NCBI GenBank assembly: GCA_002633005.1
Contig: NMRA01000280.1
Span: 140,080-204,079 of the forward strand
Source: Phoronis australis
Taxonomy: Eukaryota; Animalia; Phoronida
Direction of reading: 5' to 3'
DNA: 64,000 nt
Program-made: the position numbers and the translations under genes
Notes under the pieces: generated by a model
Told to the model about the DNA's origin: nothing
What the model saw: the letters and a program-made list of their open reading frames with translations, nothing else
Databases searched by the model: none
Shown here: one piece after another, positions 1 to 14,700 of the stretch
Position numbering within the stretch: position 1 is the stretch's first letter
Layout of the letters: each line of letters starts with the position of its first letter

Positions 1-1946
1 CATGATCAATTTGTCATTGTTTTACCATTGGCTTCCTGTGAAACCATTGCATTGAAATCAAGACCAGGTAGTACCAGTAGAATAGTTTCCTTCTCCCTGC
101 AAGCTTACTTTCATTTCTCAGGTGTGGTGAATTGGATTTTAGTATTGTTACGTTTTCTTGCACGCTTAACTGAATAACTGTGCCTGATTGACTTTCATTA
201 ACTGTCCGCTCTCTTAGAACCTACAGGCTCCTTTTCATGACCTGGTATACAGCAGTGTTTAATCTTAAACTGGAAGGATGTTTTTTTGAGGCCAGTGTAT
301 AAAAATTGTAGTGTTTTATGCTTTTTACTTTTCAGTTGGCTGTTGGTGGGTGATTCAAATCTCTAAGTTAATGACTGAGGCAACTTTTAATGTAATGAAT
401 TTTTAAGATAATTTATAGCCTACCATTACCAATAACAACAACGGTTATGCTGAATTTTTTATTTATTTATTCCTTACAATTTTTTCAGAACTAAATTATT
501 GTTATTAGGAAATAAAAGCTAGAAGGTACGAAAACCATTGTATCGTAGCGGATTATTTATTTAGAGTATTCAGAATGACAAGCGTTAAATTTATTAACAG
601 GATTGTGAGACATTCATAAATGATTCAAATGTTAATGGTGTCCATAAAAAAGTAATTAGATGCTGATCTGCCTGTAAGTGGAGATTTCAAAGGATCAGTT
701 GTCCTGTTTTTTAAAAAAACTATAACTTTTAAGTCATATCCACACTACAAGTTACTGTAGAGCTACTTTCCCCGAGGCAACTTCCTTTGTGAAACTTGCT
801 GTAGAACAACTTGACCCTGTTCAGCTGAGCGTCCACACCTTAAACCGTGCGCAAAATGCCTTTTAAAAATCGTTGGAATTGTTTTACGTATTCTGGATAG
901 GCTTAGTTGGTTTGTATTCTGCAGTTTTTGTTTTGGCAGTTGAATGATACTGAGGCTGATGAAACTACTCCATTTATGATGTAAGCTTAGTGATGCAGGG
1001 TGAAATGCAGAGTGCTGCTATGCCTAAAACTGTACTTTAAAATTACTTTGAACGGTAGTTTATACTTGTGAATAGTAAGTTAAGATCTAAAACCTATCGC
1101 ACTTTGATGTATTCCATGAAGACGTCAGTTTAATATGTTCATGGTCAAGGTTAAGACTGCCACTGAAAATGTTGCTTTGAAATTCCGCCATCTTTTGTTA
1201 TGTATGGTCATATGCTGTATGAGTGTGACATTATGATGTTGAAAATCAAATTTCAGTGATTTAAATTCTGTGACCACTGACTTTGTATTGCCCCCCCCCC
1301 CCTCCCCAATATTGTAAACTGAGATTTAATAATGGATTTGAGCCGTTAAAGCAAAAGATGTATTGCATTTAAGCAATTAATTTTTTTAGTCGAAATCATT
1401 TATTTTCAACATTTGTCCATGTTACTGCCCACCCCTAAATTTTCGTTTTTAGTGCCCATGTTTGTTTACGCATTTCTTGGTATGAATGCTTGTCTACAAA
1501 GTTTTATCTCCTAAAGTATTCAGCATTCCACTTATCTTTATTCAAGTCCTAAAATATAGTATGCTTATCCGGCATACTGTAATCTTTGCTATCAACCAAT
1601 GTTTTATTTATTTGTTGCCCATGAAGTGGTTGACATAACTACGATACTGTTGAAAAAATGTCATTCGTCATTTGAGTAAAAGCCCGCTACCAATTATGTT
1701 TTGAAAGTCCCATGTTTGGCGTAACTGACCTGAATGACTGATATTTGAGTTTCTCTCAATTTTAACACTGTATGCCCATGTCCAACTCAGAGTACACCCA
1801 CTTATTGTTTATTTCCCCCTTTTGCCCGAACGAATACGATTGTTGTAATGAACAAAATAAGATAAAACCTGAGGTGTTGGTGTTCTTCAATAGATCAAGT
1901 GTTCATCACCTGTCAGTTGACAGTGAGTTCACTGTTTTCTTCATAG

Positions 1947-3515
1947 ATGACTACTACCACGATTCGCCGCAGTCTCGGCGGTCAGCCCAATCTGGGGGGT
2001 TCAGCCATGACTCTAGACATCCGCCTCTGGAGAGAGACCGAGATCACTATCACTACCACTACTTGAACAAGACTGCATACGTTGGTCGGAACAGTCCCCG
2101 CTCCAGTCCTCGTGGGCCCAGTCCACGCAGGGTCAGCCCCAACAGCGGGTCTACGCCTCGCTCTTCTTATACTAACTCTCCTACCAGTAGTTCGAGGTTT
2201 CCACACGGTGATACTAACGTTCTGCACGAGGGCTCCAGTCTACACTCTGGGCTTGATGGCTATAACTCCACCTCCAACTCTGCTTCTAACGCCACCTCTA
2301 GTCCTAGGTGCTCATCAGCAGGTACTAGTCTTACTAACCCCACTGATTGTGTTAACCCGCCTTTCAGCCAGTCTTTGTCTGACAGCTCTGATGCTGAGCT
2401 TTCGGCCACCTCGCAGCTGTCTAACCACGACCTTGCCTCGGACTTCAGTCGCAGTACGCCCATTGATTCTTCAGACACTTCAAGCGACTCCGAGACAGAC
2501 GAGTCTCATGTCGTCCCAAGACACTCGGACGTTTCCGGTGATGAGCATAGGTTGAGACAACTCAGCACAATTGTTGAGTCCTCGGAGGAATATGGAGACA
2601 CGGCATCAGAACCATCTGGTGATCAGAACGCTCTGTCTATGGATAGTCTGGATGGATACAAAGTTGCCAATTTAACTGGGACTTCCAAAGGTAAAGCGTT
2701 TTCTCAGAGTTTGGCCAACACAGACAAAGTAGCAAATCTTGCTAGTTACTTTGAATCTCTGAAGATCGGAGAGCGTACTTTTAAGCCAGTGGAATTTGGT
2801 CGTGGTGATACACTGTACAGTATTCTAGATCACGAATTATCATTGATAATTCTCAACAACAAGTATGACACAGCAGTAAGCAATGATGACATGGTGAAAA
2901 TGGTGGAGAAAAACTATCCATATAGTTGTGAGACTGATCTTTCCTTTGGTAAACATGATTTGGAGACTCTGGTTGACGTTCATGGTGCTAATATCAATGT
3001 GCTCGACACAGTGCCTTATAACCAGCCTGATCAAATGTTGGGTGAAGCAATATTAACTGATAGTAGTGCTGTCAGTGCTCATGTGCTCTACGATGTCGAC
3101 TCTGGCTTGTACATGGATAAGACAAGAAGAAGTAGCAGTGAAGCCTCTGACAACTTGAGTACAGTTTTCGAAGTGCCAGAGGAGTGCATTGCTCACGAGA
3201 CAAATTCCTCCGAGACCACGGCCCTGGCTAAAAGCAACTCGGGGGACAGTTCATATTTCTCCGACATCGTTCTGTCCTCAGACAGTCATGAGGTCCGTAG
3301 GGCAAGTGGTGTAGAAAGCTGCGAGGTACCCGTGTGGAAGCAAAAGTTGACCAAGCTTGCGGCAAAATCTGGCAATAAAGGTGTCTCTGGCTTTTCTGAG
3401 TGTGATAACATGCCTACTGCTTTTGCTGAGGAGCTTGACTATAGTTGCTCTTATAACTACTCAGTACCCGCTCCCTCTGAGGCCCCTGCAAGTGATCCTG
3501 ATGTGCACTGTGAAG
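1947..3515 (+). CDS. SYTL large Ser-rich low-complexity exon (1569 nt, phase 1-1)
   Basis: Lies inside the 590-codon ORF 1772-3544. Acceptor ttttcttcatag ends at 1946 and donor GAAG|gtatag follows 3515. Length is divisible by 3 and in phase with the downstream exons. Confidence 0.7.
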
Positions 3516-6500
3516 GTATAGTATATGATTATACATGTACGTGATTACGTGTCAGCTGCAGGTATTGAATGGTTTCTGGCTAATTGCAAACAAGCTACAG
3601 GTATTGAATGGTTTCTGGCTAATTGCAATTTGGTTTCGAAAGGTTCCAAAACCATGAGCACTGTATTTTAAAGGGGGGAACACAATTGTTTTTTCTGTTA
3701 CGTTTAGTAAAAATACTGATCGCTGGTTACCTAATAGATGCATTTTTACGTGTTAATTACTATTACTTCGGCATGTGTTTACTATCCATGGAACAACTGA
3801 GAAAGTGATGTAAATGGACCAGCAAAAGGTCTACATCTCGGTTCTACTTTCACTTCCATTGGGCAACCATAATGTCTTCTTACTCACTCTTGAACAGTCT
3901 GTGTCGATCGTTGTTTCTCGTTGGGAGTGAATGCAGATTAGGGATGCATGTCTTTTGTTATGTAGCTTATGTTACTTTTGTTCCACAAATGGTGATCTGT
4001 ACCTAAGGAACAATTAATAATTAACTGAGTGAAAAATGTCTACAAGATAAACAGGTATCTGTAGTTAGAGACAGTTGCTTTCCGCCTTTAAAGATGGTGG
4101 CAAGACATGGTTTTTGGGACAGAAACCTATTTTGTACAACATTATGATAGCAGGATTTTATGTCTTTGCTATTTGCTAGTTATGCTATTATTCTGTGTTG
4201 GTCTAATGTGTGTCAGATCTTTGTCATTTCTCTCTCTCTCTCTTTCTATGTGCGTGTGTATGTGTGTGTGTGTCTTTGTGTGTTCTTACTAGCTTGACTG
4301 TGCCTAATAATTGTTAACAACTCTTCTTTAAAACCATGTACAGCAATCGTTATCTGCTTTTGTGTGGAATATATGCTCAATATGTTTTAAAGTCTCAGTA
4401 ATATAATTTACAGACTGTCTGTAATCTGAGAACCTGGTTCTTGTGATTACTTTTGCGAAAAGATTTGCTACTCAATTTACTTTGATTCTTTATTCTAACT
4501 TGCAGTTACGGATTTTCACTTGTCTAGTGCTGTATATGATTTGAAATTTCTTTGCTGTTTTTAAAGTAACACCAGCAGCTGTGGTCATATTGTGAAGTCT
4601 CAGGCAGATGACTGTGCAATGCTCCTTTAATCTTTTTCTTCAAGGCCTTCAACTGCAGAGTAATGTTACCTACTTCATCAATCATGATCCTATCCACTGG
4701 CTGTTGATCACATGTCATTAGTTAGTCTGAGACATTTTGCTGCCATTTCAGTCGCTAATGTGCTGATTTCTTCAACATCTTCATGCTGTTGTAACTTGTT
4801 CCAAATGGGTGATTTCTAGAGAACATTCGTCCAATTCTTAAAGTTTTCATTTCGCCCTCTCTAGCGAAAGTCGTACAGTCCTTTTCCTGTCATAAAATTG
4901 GTCTCATAATAGTCCTTACCCTGATAGGATTCCTCTTCTGTTACCAACTTATGTCATCAGCAATTGGTAACCAAAATAGAATCCTATCATGGTAAGTAAT
5001 AGTACGCGACCAATTTCATGAGAGTGAAAGGCCCAATTCATTTTTTGTTATATTTAGCCAGCTAAACAGGGCAAAATACAACTTTAATAGTGGTATGATT
5101 TGAATGTAACATTTTAAAACAATCTATTGCCACTTCATCAAAGTCTCTTTTTTTGAACTGGCAAAACTAAGTGGCCAGAACATAACAGCCTGAACGGCAA
5201 TGTCTTGTTCTTTTGCTAATCAGACAGCAGACGACAGCGAAGACTGGGAGTGGTGGTGGCACCTGTATCCCCTAACACTAACAGTAGGTGTAACTGATGT
5301 AGTAAATGTATAGGGTGTTTCAAAAACATGGATCTTTCATAGACATTTCACAGTTTTTACTAGGATCTGTCTTTTTGATTCACCCTGTTGTACCCTTCAT
5401 TTACTGCGTACAGCTTCTCTCGCCAGGCTTTTTCAGCATGTGGACAAATTCAACCGTCCATAACGGTCAGGTTTTAACAACCAGCAGCTGTCTACTCAAA
5501 ATTTGAGCTAGAAAATTCAAATTGTTATTTGCATTCTTGAATTTTGAACCTCAGTGCTTTTGATGTGCCCACATATATGTATGTGTGGTTACAAATTGTT
5601 CTCTCTAGCTTGATGAGCATCCATCCCTCCGGCGTCCACAACTATATTACCTAAACCCCTTTTAGAATCTCTGTAAAATTCGGCATTCCATTGTTATGGA
5701 CTGAATGACGATGACTTTTGGTTGAATTCGGCTACCGATGTTGCAATTAAAGTTTTTCATGTTTTCCTCTATATCTTAAGAAGTTCTGAGACGGATTTTA
5801 TGGAAATTTGGCATGTAGGCATCTATTAAGGAGATGGCGCATTCGCAGTTTTGTTTAGTTACAACATATTTTGCACCACCTTGTGGCCATTTTTATTATT
5901 ATTACGTGTCTTTGGCGAAAGCATCCATCCGCCAAACAACACTAAGTATCCTTTTGAAAATTGGCAGATGTTTTCCTGCTGAAAAGCTGATGCTAATTTT
6001 TGTACGGCCGCCATTAATTTTTGGATGGGTCACACTACTGAAGCACTCCCCAGTCTTCTTTACGTTAGCCTTTGTATCGTCAGTGTTCTTTGATGGATTT
6101 TCATGAAAATTCACAAGTTCCTATTGGGGAGACGATGACACCTTCCTAATTTTGGACAGGTTCAATGTTTTGTGCCACCAAATGGTCATTTTTATGATAC
6201 TTTCAAACAGCCCTGGCAGCCGTGAGCACACCGTTTGTGGTCCAGTCGTGAGCCCATTTCACCCCTTTGCGTAGCTCTTTGACAAAAATTCACGCCTTAG
6301 AAATATAGCATTTGATGTTTTAGCAAAAATTTTCACCTAGCTGTGCTTAAAATTTTCACCTAGCTTCGCTTAAAATTTTCACCTGGCTGTGCTTAAAGTT
6401 TTCACCTAGCTGTGCTTAAAGTTTTCACCTAGCTGTGCTTAAAATTTTCACCTAGCTTTGCTTAAAATTTTCACTTAGCTGTTCTTAAAGTTTTCGCCTA

Positions 6501-9500
6501 GCTGTGCTTAAAATTTTCACCCAGCTCTGCCTGAGCTATTGCTGTTTGCTAAACAGGTAGTCATGAAGTGCTGTTTCTGGTGAGGCTACTGCAATTGCTG
6601 GTTTTATTTAATTAAATCTGTGAATATTCACTGCAGAGTCAACGCGTTCCATTTGTCATACTTGACATTTACCCTATATGAATGTCATGTCTAAGTTTTA
6701 ATAAATGTATACCTGTGAAAATGTACATATTTTTATATGGGTGATATTATTAACATAGCTTTAAATTACAACACACCCATATAAAACATGTAGTTTGGCT
6801 ATCAAAAATTTATCTAAACAGTTTTTTGCCCTCTCTATTTTTTCCCATGCGATAACCAAATCTCGTGATTGTACTGAGTAACCTTTTGGTTAGACGATGG
6901 ACAATTATTCATCCAGGTGAATAATTAGGTGCAAAATTTATAAATCATGAATTCTGGAACTTACTATAAAGTAGGACAGTGCTGGAGTAACAGTTTGTAG
7001 AGTGGCATTGAATTGTTGATTGATCTTTGTGTGGAGCTAAGCAGTTCGGAGTAAATATTGTGCTGTACTCTGTTTGGCTAAAACACCTGGAACCAAACTA
7101 TGACTTAATTTACCTGTTGTTGGGTCTCAGTTGTGAATATTCACAGTATTAGCATGTCAATAATACATTGTGACGTTAATAGTTTATGTTGTATTCTGAT
7201 TATTAACCGTACGTGACCAGTCATTATCTGTCATCTGTCTGTGTAAGTTCAATTTACGAACCAAACAGGCATTGGTGAACTGCAGTGACCTTGCGGTAGC
7301 AATTTAAAAACATGGTCATTTTCTGTAGTGGAGAAATGATTTTGGAAGCCAGTCTGTCTAATGTACATTATTGGCTGGAAAAATGATTTTCTGAGATCAG
7401 ACTCGTCGCATTTGCGGTTTTAGCCAAAAGCTCGGCTGGCAATGTTAATCACCACTCGGTAAATGGCAGTGTATTTTATGTGTATTTAATGTAACTGGTT
7501 AAGTCACTGACTTAAATTTCAGCACATGTCTGCCAAAGAACGGCGAGGATTGATATTGTTTTTTATAGCTTTAATCAAAGCTGATAACTTCAAAAAGATC
7601 AATACCCAATAATAAAAAAATACGCTTTTTAGTCGTAAAGTCGATTATGTCCCTTAAATTGATACACTGTTGAAATAGTCATGTCATTGGTCCAATATTG
7701 TTTTTCTGTCATGTTATCTTTTTAAACAAGATTTTCTGGTCACTGCATTTGACTAGTGTCATTTGAGGAGCCAACTCCTTGTAACCATTCTAACAGAATT
7801 GCTGGTTGTAAGAATTCAATGTTTATCTCAAAATGTATGTGCATTGTTACGTAAGAAATGTTTTGTACCATTTTCCACTTCGGCAAAAAATTGACTGTGG
7901 TTAGTCTCCTTTTTTGTAAAAATGCAGATTTGGTATTCTGGATCTAGAAGTGTCTGTTGCTTTTAAATGGACGTAGCACACAGGGTTGCTCCTGAAACAA
8001 ATTCTTCCTCTATGGTCAATATTTATACAAATCAAAATTATTTAGCCTGGAAAGTAGAATCTTATTTTTGAAAGATTTGTGTTTTTTGTGCAAAAGCAGC
8101 AACACAATTTTTTTGATCCAGTCTTCTCTAAAGCAAGCCTTTAGCCCACATTCAGTCATGTGGAAAAATAGGATGGAGATTTGCCTGTCAATCAATGTCA
8201 GATTGTCAAATGTCCCTCTGTTGACCTGTTATAGCCTCAGATCACCCAGCTGACCAGGAGGACAGGGAACAGTTGCCACCTCAGGTTACAGTTACTGACC
8301 ACACAGACTCGGGTGCTGATGGACAGGTAAAAAAGGGGGGGTAGTGTGATTGGCTGGGAGGCTCGTGCCATTTGTTGTGTTGGGAGATATTGATATTTTT
8401 ACAAACATTCTGTCTCGAGTAATCTGTGTGCTGAATGGTGAGAAATCATGAGCTCTTCTGCCACTGATCAACCTGGTGCCTGTAATGAGAAATGAATGAT
8501 TGTGGGTTGAATCCTGAATGTCTCCGTTGTTACACTCAGTGAATATGGAGCTAAAGGAGTTAGCTTATTCTATAGTGTACTTATGGCATACAATTCTTCA
8601 ACATTGTAAAAGCATGATAACGATTTTCGCTTGACCCAGGTTTTGAATTGTCATATCCAAGACGGGCTGAGTTGACAAAAATGAAATGCAATTTCTTTCA
8701 TTCAGGGATATATTTTCAACATTGCACGTTTTTGCATGAATAACTCACCACACAACTGTGTTTACTTGTCGTCATGGTGATTTGCTGTGGAATCCCACTG
8801 CATGGATAAAAAGGACCCATCCAAGCCACAAGTGAACCAAGTACACTGTCGCTACAATGGAATGAAGCTCATTTAATTGTTTCTATGGGAAAGTAACTAT
8901 TTTCAATGCTGCAAATCACCAGACTTGTAGTTTCTGTTGTCTTGCTGAAGTACACCATTAAGAGGCCACTTATTACCATGCTTTCACCTGTCAGTCATTC
9001 TCATTCTCCACTGTTGCTTTCAGAGTATAATTTCCAGTGAACTTAGCTGCTCCAGGGTGGCTGGTGAGGATGGACGGGACCATGAGAATATAGATGACAT
9101 CGTGGCTGCCCATAGGTCACTCAGTGGTAGCAGGTCCAATCTCAACTCCTCGCTAACGGTATGTAATTACGTCAAGGCTCAAACTAACTGAATTTATTAG
9201 CTTTTTAGACTTATGTTCATTAGGTCTTGTGATGTGGCCAACAGATGGCGTGCGGACTAGACTTAAGATGTTTGTGATAACTGAATTAATTTATACACGT
9301 TTCAAGTTACTGAAGTTGCCCAATCTGATTAACTTGCACTTCTTTGTATGAAGTTGGGATGGCGTATTTTCTCAATGAAAAGACTAATACAAGACTGCTG
9401 GAAGCTAAAGACTGTTGGGGGGGGGGTTACAACAGCTGACCAGTTCATAACCATTACAATTTTAAATCCACAGCAGCAGGCTTGTACGGCATAAAATAAA

Positions 9501-11713
9501 AAACTACTGGCAAGTATGTGCCCCTTGCCCTGTCTTTAAGGCCCTGTAGTGCACGCCGTTTTCGTTGTTTTCACCATAATGGCGTAGTCCTTGTATCCAC
9601 ATCTTGATAGTGCCTGGAGTACTAATAATAGCATGCAGTAAAACTTTCAATGACATTATGACTACATTTTTCAGACCAGTCTGACGAGTATACCAAGCAA
9701 CTACAGCGGCGCTGGGGCCAACTATGGTAAAATTCCCATCACTGGCGACGTTCTATTTGGTATTGACTACAACTACAAGGTGGGATATCTGGAGATTAAC
9801 GTGAAGAAATGTCGTGACCTAGCCGTGGCAGATGTCAAGAAGGAGGTGTCCAATCCGTGAGTAGTTAGTGAAGGTCGTGTGTTTGAGAGCTGAGCTTCAT
9901 AAAACTTTGAAAGATATCTCCAGAGTGTTTTTGATAATAACGCAATATTCAACTATAGGGAACGATTTGTTATAGCATGACATCATTTTCAATGTGTGTT
10001 ATGTAAATTGTAGGCAGCTGGCTCTGAATGAAATTGGTTACAGACATGAGTGTATGTTTAGAGGTGATCGAGTGTTGGCAGCTGTACCTGGCATGCATCC
10101 ATCCAAAACACTGTTGTGAAATGTGCATTAAGTGCAGATAAATTAAAACATTTGCTTTGCGTTGCTAAGTGGTTACTAAGTTTTAGTCCTATTTTCAGTC
10201 ACCACATTTCATATCATTCTGTCCCATAAATGTGCTTTCAATGAGATTTTATTTGTACGCGGTTCTGGCTAATTTTACGTTAAGTTAAATGTACACCTTG
10301 TATGCGATCTTTGCGCTGTCCAATTGATATAACCACTTACTTTTGCAGATATATAAAAACTTATCTCCTTCCGAACAAGACAAAGGCAAGTAAACGAAGG
10401 ACAAGTACGAAAAAGAATACCGTTGAACCCATCTATGATGAGGTGCTCAGGGTAAGTTATTGTCATATCAAATCTGCTCATGTCTTAATTACAGCCAAGT
10501 TGACAGTCTTGTAGTAATACTACGTGTATTTGTTGTGGTGAGGTTAAAACATTTTTCTAGTATACAGTGAGGTCACTTGCACAGTTAAAGTGAGTGGCTA
10601 TAAACCCACATTCCATCTTGGAGGGGTAGTTTTGATGGAGACCACTTATGGCTACAAAATTGGTCTCGACTTGTTCCTTATTTTGGTGGGAAGTGAATTC
10701 TGGCTTTGCAAAGAACTGACTCTTTGTTATTCTTTGAGACCAAGCTCAGCGCGTATATGAAAGAAACTGGTCTCAGGCCGTAAGGAAACATTGAAGCCAC
10801 CGCCAGTTTGTCTAAGTAATAATTTGAGACCTTCAGTGGGGTCAGTGGTCTAAATCAAAAGTTTTTTTCATGGAAAGCAAGTTTATTGCTACTTTCAAAG
10901 AAAAGTGTGTGTTCAATGTTGTCAGTGGGTGAAGACTGATTTGGTCTGACTGTTCAGAATGGCATTGCATTTTACCCTCCCATAGTTAAATGTGTGGTTC
11001 ATTTCATTATACCATCATGAAGTCTGATTGGTGATTTCAATATTTTGCACTTTTGATCTGATTGGTTGGTTTGTTGAGTCACAGTGTGATTAGTCCATTT
11101 CAACCCCCATATGTCAATCTGATTGGTTCATTTCAGTACACTATTAGCCAGTCTGAGTTGGAGACTAGAACTCTGTGGTTGTCTGTTTGGCATAGTGCTG
11201 GACTGGGTCGGAATGACTTCCTGGGTGAAGTGATGATTCCTTTCGAAGACTACGAGTTCAAAGCCTCCATACCACAGTGGTACCCTTTAGTGGGCAGGGT
11301 GAGTAGTGCATTTGTTTGTTGTGTGCACTCAGATATTGCATGCATTTAAGTGCAAGTTGGTCAGTAATACGTTTTCTTGACGTCTGTCACTCTGTCATTA
11401 TCAGTCTTAATTTTCTGTGAATTTGGTTGGCTTTTCTTAAAGAGTGCATTTTTTGCTTCTTAAATGGTTAAAAGTGTGTTGTGTTTAAGTGTTCACCCCA
11501 CGTGAAAAATTTTTAGTTTGTGAATTTGTTTCAAATACAGCTCACAGAGCTGGGTTATATGGCAGACCTTTTCAGTTGTTCCATTGCATGGTGTTATAAC
11601 TTAGTTATAGTCTGATTTATTTGACTTGTTACACATTCATTTAGCATGTCGACTTGCATGTGTCGTTCGTCACTCTGTTATTGCTGATATGCACCGTGTG
11701 CGTGTGCGTGTGC

Positions 11714-11774
<61 letters not shown>

Positions 11775-14700
11775 GACTGAGTGTGACCTGTTCATACTTT
11801 GGCTCACTTGTGACCATTATCCATGTGCAGGGCCATAACGGCACACTCAACCCTATCAGTGAGGGTTTCGGATGCAACGTAAGGCTACTATAAGGGTGTG
11901 GGAAACACTCGCATGATGCTTAACCCGTAGTTTTGCACTTAGATGTTTTGTTAGTACAGCGTATTTTTTGTTTGTGTTATACTTAACACTACTAAAATAA
12001 CGTTCAATGCACACCAAAAAGTATCACAAAAATCGCCCAGAATTCCCGATCATGATGACTGAAAGAGTAGAGTGACGTTTGTCATTTCTCGACGTGATGG
12101 GAAAATGGAATTTTTTGGATTATTTTTGGCACGTGCTGTATAACTCATTTACAAAATTTACATTAACTAAACTCACATTGACCTAACAGTTTTTTTCTGT
12201 GCAACATTTTCATTCTTTCGTATTTCAGTTAGACCTTATAAAAATACATTTAAGTGCGAGATGAAATGTTTTTATGGTAAAAATTTGCGTAGGGGGCAGT
12301 CACCAAAATTTTGGGAATGTATGTTTGCCTCTAAGGCTGTTTACCAGGGACCTCCAAACCCCACCCTTTTAAAGTAAACTGTCAAAACATGATCATAATA
12401 AAGTGAACTTTCCCAAAGGTAAGCCCTAATAAAGTTAGATTCACTAAAATGCCCTTTGTGGTCAAAATCTTAGCTTAAATGCATAAAAGTGACCTTTCAC
12501 ATAAAGTTTTGTTGAAAGTTACGTACCCAAGTTGGTTGTGACTGCCTCCTGCTGGGAAAAAATTGGTCTTCTGAGATTCTATGTTAAGTTTCAAGTCCTT
12601 TAAATAAAACTTACAGCCTAGTTTTGTATAGTTCATTTCTTATTTCAATCAACGACTGAGATTTTCAAATAATTTTCTGTCACCATTTTAATAGTGTTTT
12701 GAGCGATTATAGTCACAACATTACAACCTTTGGAACATCAAAAAATAACTAAAATTTTTTGTGGTATGAATTGTTGAGATATATTCGAAACAGTTGTGTT
12801 ATACACGCTAAATACAAATGAAATGTTTGTTTTCGTATTCGTTTTTAGCACCTTTATTCTCCGACGTTTTAACATCTGTAAGTGGCAACAACTCTCCTTA
12901 CTGTAATGGTCGATAAATAACTAAAGAGTTGATTGAAAAATCCTGGCATGTGATTGTTCTTCTAGACTTTGGTGATCGATTTACACAGAATTTTGGAAAT
13001 TGATGAACCAGTTGTAAAGAAATGAGCAAACCCTGCGACAGGTATTCTGAAAATGCGAATGTATATAACGCAACTATAGTCAAACAGTCAGCCGGAAGCG
13101 TTATTCAGCTAAGTTATGCATAAGATTTATAAAGCGTGCCATTTTTATGCAGTTAATCAAAAGATCTGTTACTGAAGAAACCGTGTCTTGCATGTTTACG
13201 ATTGATATGGTAGTTAATAATCAGACTTTTGTCATTTTCGTGTCAAAAAATGTCAGATTAATGCTGGCTAAGTACTGGGCGAAGCTTATCAACAGTTTAT
13301 TGTTTGAGCTAACCAAGACTCGCTGCTATGGCATTCATGAAACGGCTTCTGTATTCATAGAATTGCGGTTTACAGCGTTAGATCGTATAAAGACCAATAT
13401 CCCTGCCACAGATTACTGTCACGAGAATTCAGAGTGCCTCTGGAAAACGCTTAAAACAACACTTCGTAAAAATTTAACAAATTTTTGGTTCTTCACCTTT
13501 TCAATCAAAGATAAAACTAAATGCACTGGAGAAAACTAAAAAATGTCAAATTTAAGAATTCTATCAGATCTTTAAACCTTACAAGAACATTCTTGTCGAG
13601 AAAAATATTTTTCTGAAATCAGCAGTAACTCCTTAGTTTTATAGCATCAGTCAAACACTTTTCTACTAAACCAAATACCACGTATTATATAGCAGATTAT
13701 TTTAAGCGTATTTTAATGGTAATGACTAAGGCCTCGGTTTCAGTTAATGCCTGGCTGATCTGGCTGACAAAAGCAAGAACTGGCAATTTGTAATCTAATC
13801 GCAGCTCGTTTGAAATCTCTCTCTCATTCAGACTGAACTAAGAAGTTTTCATCTGTATCAGTGTTTGCCTGAGACTGTTTCTGCTGCATTTGACACTAAA
13901 AATCACCTGGGATGCAACTAATTAAGGGTTTATTTTATTGAGTTCATCACCTGGGATGCAACTTTTGACAAGTTCTGAAAAATAAAGTATAGAATTAAGA
14001 CTCTTGCACTTCATTTCGTAGTCATCTTTCTGTATTTTTCATCGATGAAAGAACCACCAGATTAACTTGTTAACCTGTATGCATTTTATTTTATGCTCGT
14101 GTAATGATTTCATGGACCCAAAAAAACCCGAAATGGGCCCCCAAAATTTTGAGGGTGGTTCCATGGGTGTTAGCAAGTGTTGAGCAAACAGTACTCTAGT
14201 TGTAATAGGTGTGAAAGGTTAGGAATACGTTTAGCTGGTACTATTTAATAGATTTGTCTGAATTATTTTCAAAACATTACTTTCTGTGTATTTTGTCCCG
14301 TTAACTTCTTAACTGAAATAAACCTGTTTTACCTTCTCTATACCATATGCTTACCATTTCTTTTTCTTGGGCACGTCTGGTAATTTCAACGTCAAAGTGT
14401 GTTTTGGTAGTTGTTTGTTGACAATTAAAACTGTTAACTGTATCTGCATCAATCCTGTTAAATGCAACTCTGACTTGTGTTAGTCTACAGTTCAAATTGA
14501 GGTATGGACCATACCACCATTTTCATGAGTGTACAAAATGTATGATACACGCTGCAACAAGGCAAAATATAAAGCTGCTTGAATGTATTGCTTTTTTCAC
14601 ATCATAAATACTTGGAAGTGTTAAAATAACTCTATTCATTGGCTATACAGATGAATACCTGCTTTGAAGTTTGAAAGGTATATTCAGATTAAAATGTAAA

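Noticed and set aside
218-244. Possible SYTL micro-exon (ttag...CTG|gtatac)
   Set aside because: The frame needed to join the next phase-1 exon contains a TGA.
1772-1946. 5' part of the 590-aa ORF as a true N-terminus of a single-exon gene
   Set aside because: It is T-rich, intron-like sequence ending in a clear acceptor at 1946; the ORF is better explained as an internal exon.
2082-2555. 157-aa hydrophobic alternate-frame ORF
   Set aside because: Shadow frame of the Ser/Pro-rich exon with no independent support.
13147-13539. 130-aa intronic ORF
   Set aside because: No recognisable domain or splice context; lies in repeat-like intron sequence.
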